A DNA stretch of 59,605 bases, filler included, from Catajapyx aquilonaris (taxonomy: Eukaryota), in the NCBI GenBank assembly GCA_000934665.2. It is 4 parts of 4 records of this genome, joined end to end, with 100 filler letters (N's around TTAATTAATTAA, not from the genome) between each part and the next. Parts side by side here need not be neighbours in the genome. Positions count along the whole stretch, not along the records: positions 29,830 to 44,646 come from KZ539722.1; positions 44,747 to 59,605 come from KZ539723.1; 2 more parts are not named here. The stretch is one strand, 5' to 3'. Shown here one piece after another: positions 37,523 through 49,300 of this stretch. The position numbers and the translations under genes were made by a program. The notes beneath the pieces were generated by a model that had not been told where the DNA came from, did no database searches, and saw nothing but the letters and a program-made list of their open reading frames with translations. Position 1 is the first letter of the stretch. Each line of letters opens with the position of its first letter.

Positions 37523-37942
37523 GCCTTGACAACGCCCTATAAACAGAGAGACGCGAACAACAAAGGCGCCGACAGAAGTTTGCGCCTTTGTTGTTCGCGT
37601 CTCTCTGTTTATAGGGCGTTGTCAAGGCCGGCGTCCATCTTGACGTGTGTGGTATGCCAACGAGGTATAAATAGGGTACAGGCAAAAATAAGGTCCGCCA
37701 TCTTTGATGGTTTTGGCTGCCATGGCAACTACACTGCAAGAACACGCGCGAATTTGAATTCCATATTGGAAAATGGGTAAGTAAATTGTTATTGCCGTGT
37801 ATTTCCATGGCAGCCAAAACCATCAAAGATGGCGGACCCCCGCGGACCTTGACGGCCTGCCTGTACCCTATTTATACCTCGTTGACATACCACACACTTC
37901 AAGATGGCCGCCAGCCTTGGCAACGCGATAAACAGAGAGACG
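37523..37942. repeat. Compound foldback: perfect 47-bp hairpin overlapping a larger inverted-repeat element
   Basis: 37523-37569 is the exact reverse complement of 37582-37628. About 37599-37727 is inverted at about 37806-37942. Confidence 0.85.
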
Positions 37943-40798
37943 AAAAAAATCGAATGTTTGCGCCTCTTATGTAGTATATGCTCCCTGGTAGCATAGCGTT
38001 TCAACAATAAATTTTTCCTGTTTCTTCTTGTAGTTGTTGTTGTTGTTGTTGTTGTTGTTACGTATTTTTTAATCGCCCTAACTCAGATTCTGCTGTAGGT
38101 AGAGCTTCCAAATTTTGAACACAGATCCCCACCATCGTGAAGTGATTTCCTACCATTTACACTTTTACTTTATTCCTCTTCAAAACGCCGCAAAAAAATT
38201 GAGAGCACAAAAAATATGTTTTCATTTTTTTGCTCAATAACTATTCGGAATTCGGTTTCTTCGCCAAAGGGCCGATGGTGCAGTAGGATGGTGCGGATCT
38301 ATGTTCAAAATCTCACAGTTCCCACTGCTACAGGATTGGAGCTGTGATTTTTTTACCTCGTATTTTTTTCTGTCATTACTTCACCTAGAATTGCCATCAC
38401 CTAGAAACGTCAATTCTTGTTTACCCACTAGCCATATTGTTATTAGCTGCTCTAGGGTGAACGCATTGTACTTATTACAGATTTACAGTTGAATCTGGAT
38501 ATAATGGCCTCGGCTATAACAGACTTGGTTATAAAGGCCGGATAAATTTTCCGGGAGCCTCAACCCTTCCATCACCAGCAGGGTCAGTATGGTCTCTGCA
38601 TATCGGAGCTAGAGTCTATTAGATCATCATTATCCCTACATATAATTTATTTATATTTTATAACAATCATATAGCTCTTCATTGTTTCCATTCCTAGGAT
38701 ACGGAGAGGAATACACTTATTATTATTCGAGTTCTTGTTGTGACTGCAATGTCTAGGAGAAGGCGCCAAATGAAGGCGGCAAGGAGGAAGGCTCAGAGAA
38801 TTGTCCTATTTGTCCACATGAGGAAAGGTAGGGGCACATTTATATAGGGTATAATCACATTCATTATACGGGTTGTTTGGCATAAACTGGAACTTGGCCA
38901 ACGACGATAATATAGAGCCACCAGGTGCGACCACCATCGAGGACAACCAGGAGACACCTGCAGCTCCTTCGTCGGGTCCTCCATCCGCTGGTGCGGGTGG
39001 AGAGGAGGACCAGACGATGAGTGACTACGTGACCTGTTGGAACGAGGAGCCAGGTACGACCCTCGAGGTTAACCAGGGGACTGCTGCACCTCCTTCGGGT
39101 CCTCCATTCGCTTGTGCTGGTCTTCCAGGAAAACATGCGCTTATTCAGGGGCGTAGGCAGAACATTTTTCGCGGGGGGGGCATTTCATATTCACAAGCCG
39201 TAAAGGGTGGGGAGGAAGCCCGTCGCAGGCGATTGGGGGGGGGGGGGTTCAAGGTCACACGAGTTTAGGTGAATCTGGGAGATTTGAATGGATATTTGAT
39301 TCAACCGATTCAGTATTCGGCGTCTTTCAGAAAGTGTACCGGGGCGTCAGGGGGGGCCAATTGCCCGATTGCCCCCCACCTGGATCCGCGCCTGGGTTGA
39401 CATGCAGTCTGATCAGGTGGCCAACCGAGCCGAGCAGAGGGAAAAACTGCGCAGGGCGATCTGGGAGGGCTAAATGCACCGCAGATGACTCCTCGGTCCT
39501 ATAAGTGAAGAAGTATTTTTTGCCATACTGCTGGTTGTTTAAATAGTTAATGTTGAATAGTTACTCGAATTACTCGAATAAGTTTTCGTGTCAATATATT
39601 TTTTTGAACCAATAAAAGACCATAGCATAGATTTCAACAATGAATTTTTCCTACAGCATTTTTCCGGGCATTACCACATTTTGTACAGGTGCCATCACTT
39701 AGCAGCGACAATGGGGAAGTAGCCTTCATTTTGAAAACGACATAATAAATTCGCCCATATTTTTTGGATTTTTTTGGCATATTCCGTTTTAAGATATCAG
39801 TTTCAGTTCCGGAGTAATTGGGGTTTTTATGTAGGCTAATGGTGACGTCACTGTTAGCCTTGAAAATGTTGACGTCACGCGAATTGAAATGAACGCAAAA
39901 ATGGTGTTATAGAACGCGCCCCGTCATTGTCGTAAAATGCTTCGCTGTTGTTAGCAACCGTCCCATTCCGTGAGCAAGATAGCGGCCGGGGCGCGTATTT
40001 ATTCCAGGCCGCTCAAGCCGCTTTGTACATGGCAGTGATGCCACCAGGTCGGAATTATCTGTCACCCGAATTCGGCACATGAAGGCCCCTTTTCTCCACC
40101 TCGATGGCCTGCAGCCGCCTTGCGAATGCCTTCCGTCGTGTCCGCGGTTAATTCAAAGTCAAATTCCTCATATCTCGCAGTCAACCAGGCATTTCAGTGT
40201 ACCCTTTCGATTGGCACCACCCGGCCGCGCCGTTTTTCCCGCCAATTTTGAAGGCACTTTTAAATGTGCCGTAATTTATCCAGTAATGTCATTTTGATGC
40301 AACAAAGTGATGTAATGTATGTTATGTTTACAGGCATGGGCTAGCTAGTTATGAACAAAAATCCCAAATCCCAGACCAAGGCTACTTCCCCATTCCTGTT
40401 GACAGTTTGCAGGTAGTAATAATTGTTTCCATTCCTAGGATACGGAGAGGAATACACTTATTATTATTCGAGTTCTTGTTCTGACTGCATGTTTTCCGAG
40501 CGAACCGTTTCGTTGTGAGCTTCCGGATAATTGTGTTTCAAAACTTGAGAGTTTGTTCGAAACAGACGATTTCGTTTGGAGAAGAATCGTGTCGAGTGAT
40601 TTTCTGTCGACACGTTTCTCCATAATTGTTTTCCCCGGTTTGGAGTCCTTCTGAATTCAGCAATTCCAGAAACAGGATCAGTATTGTCTCCGCATGTCGG
40701 AGCGGCAGTCCTAATAAAGTCCCCTCACTGCATACTTTATTTTTTATATTATACAGGGATAAGACTCAACAGAGTTAGCCACCTTTTTTAGCTTCAAT

Positions 40799-43700
40799 AT
40801 GCCTGGGAAAGCGTGGAGTAAGAAAAAAGCAGCTAAAGTGAAATATGCTGCAGAAATAAAAAAACAAGCAGCATCTCTCTGCAAGCAGCCAGGAAAGGCA
40901 GGCGAGATACAACAACAGACATCGTGAACAGATCAGTAGGAAGCAGGCGAGTTACAATGACAGCAATCGTGAACAGATCAGAAAGAAGCAGGCGAGTTAC
41001 AATGACAGCAATCGTGAACAGATCAGAAAGAAGCAGGCGAGTTACAATGGCAGCAATCGTGAACAGGTCAGAAAGAAGCAGGCGAGTTACGATGGCAGCA
41101 ATCGTGACCACATCAGGAAGAAGCAGGCGCGTTACGATGCCAGCCATCGTGATCTCATCGGAAAGAAGCAGGCGCGTTACAACCGCAGCCATCGTGAGCA
41201 AAACCGTCAAAGGGAGGCAAAGCGGTATAAGCGGAACCGTTCCATGGTGCTGCAGCAGAAGTCGGACATGTACATGTCAAAGCATCTGCCCCAGTATATT
41301 AGGCGACGGGAGCTCGCTGTTAAGCACCAAAAGCACACCAAAAGAGTGGCATGATTGCCAGAGTGCAGAAGGCACTTCTCAAGAGGCATCCCAAGAGAAC
41401 GACAGCTCAGATGAAGGCCATGTCGTACAGAAGAGCCGAACATCTGGTACTCAAAGCCCTCAACAAGAAGAGACTCCTCTACTCACTGCGCAAGAGGTCT
41501 CTTCTTGCACTAAGGACCACTCTGAGCTGGACTCTGAGTATGGGCAACCCAGAAGGGAATGATCTGGTGTCACTTCTTGGTGAGCGGCTCCACACGAAGT
41601 CTTCAGAGCCCTATTTCTGGGAGACCTCATCTCTGCCTGCCGGCGGTCAAGTGCATCCCTGCAGTGGACCAATCCGGCGTTATTCATCCTGACTGTTCCT
41701 CCGGGGAATCATCGTCGACTGGTCAACCGACCACTTGGCCTTGCAGGAACACCTACCACGTCGCCGCCCGGGACCTGGAACGGCTGCAAGAATTGCACTC
41801 CCTCTTCCTGGGAGAACGGGGGGTCGACCAAATAATTGTCCAGGTACGACAATAATTTTCGAGTGACTGCAGCCTGGCAAAACTCCCAGGAAGAATGGGC
41901 CACTCCCTAGCCTGCATCGCCTTGCCCTGCCAGTCCGGATTCCGCAGCCTCCGTCACCTACAGCCTCATTCACCTCGTGTACGGTCCATAGTGAGGGAGC
42001 TCTACAAGACCCTAAAACTGGATGGCTACTTCTTAGACATGGAGCGCCATTTGCAATCCGGGGATGTGGTCATGCTGGAGGAGACTGCAACAATGTGAGA
42101 GGTTCGACTCCCACTGCGCCGAGGAGACGAGCGTGTTGCGCGAACGTGCACAGGAGATGGCAGTGTACGAGCAGTACGAGAAGGACATCGCGGAGTACCA
42201 GAAGAGCCTCCATGACTTTCCAATCGTCCATTGCCTGTCTTATCAGCATCTGCTCTACTCCAGGCAGGTGAGGAAATTGCAGCAGGAGATGCTAGCCTCA
42301 ATAAGGTCGTGGCAGAAGTTCATTGGTGATTCCTCGACTACTCCAACGGAGGATTCCCGGATCTGCCACTATTGTTGGGGCAAGTTCGTCAACGACGAGA
42401 CACCTAACCGCTGCACTATGAACGGGCTGGCTGTCGACGTTCTTCCGGAGGCACTCAGGGATCTAAACACCCTGGAGAAAATCCTGGTGCAGCGTGGGAA
42501 GTGTTTCCAGACGGTGGTGCGCCTCGGTGCAGTGACTGTCAGACGTCCCAGCAACGAACTGGTGAATGCCATAAAGGGGTGCGTCATCCATCTGCCCCTG
42601 CCGACGGAGGCCACCATGCGGTCCGTGATGCAGAAGGAGTCATCGGCCGATCTGACCATCTTGGTGAATGGTGTGCCTACCAGGAGCAAGAAGATCTGGC
42701 AGGACCTCGTCCGTCTGCCTAAGGTGGTAGCTGCTCTTGCCGCTCTGAGGGAAGTCAACCCACTGTACGCGGATGTAATTGTTGGGACTGACGAGTTGGA
42801 GGAGCGACTTGACCTGACAAGTGACGAGGAGCAGCGATCTATGCTGACGCAAGTCCCTGCTGGGGGAGTGCTGGACTCCGTGTTCCAGCAGTACACGATC
42901 CATCCTCTGCACCAGGTAAACGCTGCAGCCTCCAATTGCAACATGTACCAGATGTTAAAGGTGACGGCGGAGCGGCTGGAAAACAGGGACACAGATACAG
43001 ACACAAGGTGCTTCCCCTTCTTGTTCCCCCGTGGGCGATATGGGAAACTCCACGAACGGGATGTCCCTATTCCCTGCAGTGAGTTTGTGAAATCACGCCT
43101 GCTGAGCGTTGACGGCCGTTTCCGGAGGGACCAACAATATCTGTTCCATCTCTTATGGGACGGAGAACTGAGGGTTCTCTCAGCTGGCATCTTTCACACT
43201 CTCAGGAGTAGGAGGAACTCCAACATGTCTGCCTCAGGACTTCTGCAGAGCCTGCAGGAGAACGACCCCAGCCTTCAGGTCGGCCTTCACACCGTGTTTA
43301 GGAACATGAGAGGAACCCGGCAGTATTGGTACCAGCGCACCAGCGAACTGATGTGCATGAGCAGGGAGTTAGGCCCGCCTACGTGGTTCCTGACACTCAG
43401 CTGCGCGGAATACTTTTGGCCCGACATGGAGGACTTCCTCAGGAAGGCGAATCCCGATCTCAGCCAGGGGATCACCACCTCTGCTCTGTGCGTGTTGGAC
43501 CCGGTGAATGTGATGCGCCACTTCGACAACCGCTTTCGGGGCATGCTGCGTTTCCTCTACAACTCTCGTGTCTGGGAACCGTCGTGCATCATTTCTGGAG
43601 GTTGGAATTCCAGAGCAGGGGGAGTCCGCACGTTCACATGGTCCTGTGGATTAAGGACTCCCCTGTGCTGGGCCGTGACTCGAAAGAGGATGTCTGTCGC

Positions 43701-44646
43701 TTCATCCAGGAGCACATCACCTGCGAGCTTCCGGATGTGGCTGTTAATCCCAAGCTCCATCAGCTAGTCACCAAGTTCCAGACCCATCTGTGCAGCACAT
43801 ACTGTAGGCGACGCACGCAAGTCAGTGGAAAATTTGTCACCCGATGCAAATTTGGCTTCCCACGGCGGCAGTCGGACAGCTTCTTGCTGCACGATGTCAT
43901 GTCCTCCATCCGCCACAGGCAGTCGGCCAAGTCAGGCAAGCGCCTCTACGAGTTGGTCAGGGGTCGTGGAGAGGAGCGCATCAACGACTCTAATCGACTG
44001 TTCTGCTGCTGTGGGAGGCAAACATGGATTTGCAGTATATCGCCGACAGCCAGAACTCCCTTTGTCACTACGTGACTAAGTATATAACCAAGGGAGAGAA
44101 GACCGTCCTGTCAGATGTATGGGACGACATTGCCAACTCCGAGACCCTTTGCAAGCGCCTCTGGAAATTTGCCATGCGCGTCTTGACAAACCGCGAGTGC
44201 GGAGCCTATGAAGCAGCGGGGCGGCTCATCGGCGTCCACCTATACGGCAAGACGGCCTCCGTGAAATACGTCAACGTGCACATGTCCCACGTGCGAACGA
44301 GGCGCTTAAAGACATTGGCTGCCATCGAGACCATTCGGGAGAAGTTTCCGGAGTCACGAGACATCTATGAAAACAGCTGGGTAGACGATTACTATCCTAA
44401 TCTATGGAAAACCTCTGCCTCTTTGATGTCATGCGACTTCACGACTATGTCAAGTCGGCAAAGAACACGGAGGGACTCGTGGTACTCATGCAGGGGAAAG
44501 GGTTTCTGCGACTGCGCAGCAAGCCTCACCTGATCAACCACCGCTTGTCCAACCCTTCAAAGGACAGCGAGAGGGAGCAGTATTACTTCTCCATACTCTT
44601 CCTGTTCTGCCCGTGGCGCTTGGAGAGTGAGTTTCTCCAGGATCAC
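40799..44646 (+). pseudogene. Helentron/Helitron2-type Rep (RepHel) gene, frameshifted and truncated at the linker before the helicase
   Basis: DUF6570-like CHYC...NGL....P..L.DL..LE, then FPFLFPRGRYG, DGRFRRD, RGTRQYW. Rolling-circle motifs GPPTWFLTLSCAE, FWRLEFQSRGSPHVHMVLW (HUH) and YVTKYITKGE (two tyrosines). The FLTLS and FWRxEFQ forms are Helentron-type signatures. Frameshifts near 43565, 43995 and 44403. Confidence 0.9.
40896..41205 (+). repeat. 45-bp coding tandem repeat (~7 units; NREQIRKKQASYNDS-like)
   Basis: Unit AATCGTGAACAGATCAGAAAGAAGCAGGCGAGTTACAATGACAGC repeated with graded divergence. Confidence 0.92.
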
Positions 44647-44746
44647 NNNNNNNNNNNNNNNNNNNNNNNNNNNNNNNNNNNNNNNNNNNNTTAATTAATT
44701 AANNNNNNNNNNNNNNNNNNNNNNNNNNNNNNNNNNNNNNNNNNNN
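44647..44746. other. Artificial assembly linker (44N-TTAATTAATTAA-44N)
   Basis: Same 100-nt structure as at 14815. Confidence 0.97.
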
Positions 44747-45115
44747 CCGGGCGTTTCCCAGCTACTTTGGGTCCTACTAACATGATGTGCATAGTGGTTT
44801 CCGAATAACACGCCGAAAGTTTTTTTTTGTTGCGCTGTGTAATGTTGTACCCCATTATCTGGCCGAGAGGCCATTTCTAGGGGAGGTTTTTGGTGCGATA
44901 CATATATACGTATTTTAATTGTTCCAAGGGTAATTAGGAGGGGATGTGCAAAGTGCAAGTGCAATGTCGTTATATGGTCATTTTGTTAACTCCCTCGGGT
45001 GGATTAGTCTTTAGGAAATTCCCACCCGAAACGAAGCCAGAGATGGCCCAACTCTGCACGAAAGAAGGTGGGAACCCCGGGTGGGGATTGAACCCGGGAC
45101 CTTCACTCCGTCCCC
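44747..45115 (-). mobile_element. tRNA-derived SINE, copy 4 (A-box deleted; third tail variant)
   Basis: 44940-45103 matches the core and B-box of copies 1 and 2 closely. The head reads GGGGACGGAGTGAAGGTCCCGGG with the A-box region missing. The 3' boundary is uncertain because it runs toward the linker. Confidence 0.8.
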
Positions 45116-45625
45116 AACAAAGCTATATATAAGTTGAACCGAACCAAAAGACATGCATGAGTGTCCTTCAAACCAGAAGTATAGGCTAATAATAATTCGA
45201 ATTATATGGCTCAAATTAATGGTTTGTTATGCAAACTAGAGTATTTCCCGAGAGATCGAATGACACACTTCACCTTCAAGTTTGTGATCTCCCCTCTACT
45301 CAGTGGCGTCCCACCTGAGTCGGTTGAGGCCACGAGTCCTGACGGTCTTCCCCAGAAGCTATCACCTTGCAGTACAATAAACGAGTGATGCCTCCCATTC
45401 AGGCATTCCCAGTGCCTCAAATGCGCCAGCACACAACCACCTCTAGTTTAGTTTGCCGCTTGACGTTTACGGATTCGGAGTAGAACCTTCATGTTTAAGT
45501 TGCCTCTTTAGAGTATGCTCAAGAGAACCACTCAGTAACCACAGAAAATAGATTATGTGCCTTACATACTGTCAATGCCAAGAGTGAACTGTAGGGAAAA
45601 GTGGTCCAAGTGTTAAAGTTTACTA

Positions 45626-46323
45626 CAGGGTGATCGAAAAAGAATGCGCCGATTTTGAAACACTCAAAAACTTGTAGACATATCTTAATGATTTAAGTTT
45701 TGAAATGCTAATTAGTGTCTAAGTTATGGTCTTACCATAGTTTGTTTCGATATGGGCTCCATTTGTCACTCGGAAAATGTAAATACTGTCATCGGTGTCG
45801 TGCCTAACCCGCTCAGACATGTCTGGCGTTACCGTTGCGATATAATCCCGTAGGTGCTGAAGATTCCGAATCTTTTCACCATACATTACTTTGTATCTCC
45901 ACAAAAAAGTCAATCGGGGTATGATCTGGGCTCCTGGTGGGGCTAGGCATTGGGAAACTTCTCATTCAAGACTTCGCACACTGGGAGGCTGAACAAATGA
46001 AACTTTCCTACGGCATCGGCAGGGTTGTTTCATGGATGAGGCGCCTTTTTATGTGCATCATCAAGAACAATCATGTCCAGCACCTACGTGATAGCATTCA
46101 TGCAATGGTAACTCCAGATATGATCGAGCGGGTTTGGCAGGAGTCAGAATATAGTCTTTCTTTATCTGCCGAGCGAAAAACGAAGTTCATATCGAAACAC
46201 ACAAAGGTGAAACCAAAGCCTCAGACCTTTCTTTGCATTTTAAAACTTAAATCATTAAGATATGTCAACAGGTTTTTGAGGTATAAGGTTTCAAAATCCG
46301 CACATTCTTTTTTGATCACCCTG
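45626..46323. mobile_element. Tc1/mariner-superfamily (maT/rosa-like) derivative made of two inverted 3' ends
   Basis: TA|CAGGGTGATC...GATCACCCTG|TA. Minus strand encodes LNEKFPN, RSPDHTPIDFF and LQHLRD..IATVTPDMSERV...TNGAHIE. Plus strand from ~46070 encodes the same C-terminus, VQHLRDSIHAMVTPDMIERVW. Confidence 0.82.
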
Positions 46324-49300
46324 TATTATTTTTATTTCTTTAGCCATGATTCGTATGTTATGCTGCAAATTAACAATATCCTAAAGTGACATCGTGAAAT
46401 TTTTGAAAGTATAATCTACAGCAGACCTCTTGTTTTTTTGAGTCAATGTGAAGAGCTGCTGAAAGTAATGCAGGACTCAATGTATTCAATATTAATGCCA
46501 ATAATGTATTGTAATCTACAGGTGAAACTTAGCAGCAATGCGCAATGATTCCTTCCAGCGCTTTCCAGGACTCAGTGCAATTATTAATAGATAATAAGAC
46601 TAGTGCCATTTTCTTTCTGACTGGCGCAGCGGTAGCATGGTTTTGATTTCCATGCTTAGTTTCCTTTTTGATCGTGTTAATGAAAAATATTTCTAAACTA
46701 ATGAGGACTCTCTTTATGCCTCATAAATTTGTGATAAGTTATATCAAGGCAAAATATCGTATACATCATTATTTGCAGATTGTGACTACAGAAAAGTACT
46801 ATGTAATGACAAGTAAATGGAATTAATTAATGAGAAAATTTTAGTATGAAGAATCCCTCATAAAGAGGAGGCACTTTACCATAAGTTACTGTATAAGATT
46901 CTTGTGAACCAGCTTACCTAGCCTGTATTTTACAAAGTGGCATCATTTTGAACCTTTATAAGGGCTTAAAACCATTTCCATGCCGGTGCAGTCAAAGGGC
47001 AATATCGCAAGTCCTCAAGTAATTGGTATACTGTACGAAAAAAGTGATCGAACACAGTCTACATGTAGCTAAGGACTAACTTATATGTCAACGGTATATT
47101 ATAGCCAGCTTATAAGACTGTACAAACTAGACATACGTCATTTGTAAATTGTGTTAAGCTCACCCATACCCAATAAATGAACAGCATTTTTATCCCTTCC
47201 CCACATGTTCGTGTAGATATTTTGGAATACGTCGGGCCCAATGAATGACAAGCTGTTTAAGTCATGGTTTTTTTAAACCTCCCGGAAAACCTGTGCGCAT
47301 AATCGATATCCTGTATGACGCTTACGAAAAAACTTTTGACAGACTGGGTTGAAATCACTCGGGAAATTAGCGGGGTAAAAGAAACAAAAACGTGTATTGT
47401 TGGCCCCAGCACAAGCGCTCAGATGAATGGGGCTCGTTTCCTCAAGAGAGACCACCTGGTGAATGGAATCTGCTGGAGTGGTGTGAAATATTGTATGCCT
47501 GCTTAAGGCCGAGTACACACAGGAAAAACGTTGTTGACCAGCAGTGGATCAACATTTGAGTAAGGTATGTCCACAGCAACAGGGGGTAATAAAAAAAGAA
47601 CGTTGTGTACATGTCGGGTGTGACTTTTTGCCACGGTGTTGAGGTCTGGATGTATACCTGACCTGCCATAAACTGTACATAACTACAACAATATTATATT
47701 TTAAAGGCGTTACCTTTTGTGTAAATAAAATAATTAAGAAGTCCGTGCGTATATAGTTATTGTGCATCTATATGAAGTTATCCTGCTTAGAAACTGAATT
47801 TTTCTATGGATTGTAACATGCGTACATGCATCAGTACATACGTAGTACTGCACATGATCAGCTGCAGGGGTCATGTTGGACCAAAAAACTACATGGTGTG
47901 AATAATGGAGTACTGTACTAGTACGATATATTGAGCTACTATGCGCGGGCAAAGTTCAGCAACTGGATGATGTATCCAAATGCGACCTGTTCAATGAACT
48001 GTAACAGTAACAACTTGAAATTACAGCGTGTTTCATAATCAATGCGACATAGGCCTACTTGTAGAGTGAACTGAGAGTGAACTACTAGGCAGCATACGAT
48101 CGCTCTAGGTACTGTACAGGTATATCATTTAGTTTCCACAGCCTCATTACTGAGATAATTACTTTTAATCGAAGATAATATTCCTTGTCACGGATACAGC
48201 TTACGAGGCTTTAATATCCTCGGAGACTGCCTGCTACATCTAATGAGATCTTAGTTTAAATTTAAATTGCATGGTAACACCTATTTTGTACCTGAAAAAG
48301 GTATGATCGCTTTGAGGGACGCACACTTGCCATGAGATTATTTTAATACCTTGTTTGAAGCCCACTACTTGAGTAAGAGATCAAAATGATACCACTTCAT
48401 AAGTAATCCCCTTCTGTCCAATAGCTCACCCTAGAAATATTTTGTCCGAATCATCATGAAACACCATGTATATTTGAAAGCGAAATGAATGGTTGAATAT
48501 TTGCTTACACAGTGTAAAATGATGTGAAAATACCAAGTAAGGCGCATATAGTTTGTCCCACAAATCTATGACCAAATCTAATTCCAGTAGTATATCATGT
48601 CTCGCCTAGCCGAATATGGCAAGCAGCGAATTCGAAATGAGATTCTCTAGCCCACTCTAGCCCGTTCACCATAAAACATGTGCATCAAAGTAAAGCACTT
48701 TTTCAAAATATCATCCAAAACCTTCGAAATTAATATGGCTTAAAATCCCGTGCACATCCCCATCAATACTTTGGTAGCATGGTCATTGTTGTCGCATGAA
48801 TGCAAGTGCAAATGATCGGATAATCTCACCCTTGTCGATGAGGGAAAAGGAAAAAAAAAGAANNNNNNNNNNNNNNNNNNNNNNNNNNNNNNNNNNNNNN
48901 NNNNNNNNNNNNNNNNNNNNNNNNNNNNNNNNNNNNNNNNNNNNNNNNNNNNNNNNNNNGGAGAGGTGGGGGGGGGGTGGAAATGTCCCAGAGGAACGAA
49001 AAACCCCCTCGCTTCGCTGGGATTTGGACATTAGTTCGCCAAAATGAATCTATACGACCCCCGAAACGTTCTTTCTTGCAGTATTACAAACCCCTGCGAA
49101 AAACCCACTAATACGTTACTCAGTACTCGCTAATCGACTGAATAACGAGAGGAGTGAATAATGTTGGCAAGATATACTGTACTATACCAAAATGGTGGTG
49201 CAAAATATGCCAATTTACCTTCTCAGACATTAGTAAATTTATTTTAAAAAATCTACTGCCCTTCACCTACTTATAATGTACCTGCAACAAATAATGTTTT

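Noticed and set aside
37520..37528. GTAGCCTTG as the right TIR of the hAT element
   Set aside because: Only 8 of 9 nt match CAGGGCTAC, with no subterminal repeats and no 8-bp TSD; it overlaps the foldback arm.
39146..39393. CAGGGGCG...CGCCTG G-rich MITE-like insert
   Set aside because: The ends match only briefly and there is no TSD; boundaries are not supportable.
40896..41205. CRISPR-like regularly spaced repeats
   Set aside because: Contiguous 45-bp tandem units without unique spacers, in eukaryotic transposon coding sequence; no cas genes.
42369..43190. Long antisense ORFs (273 aa here; also 36299-36997 and 3208-3780)
   Set aside because: Shadow frames of GC-rich coding sequence on the opposite strand, with no recognisable motifs.
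48863..48959. N-run and N-containing poly-C tracts (also 12146, 24554, 32330-32351)
   Set aside because: Ordinary sequencing gaps at homopolymers, not biological features.
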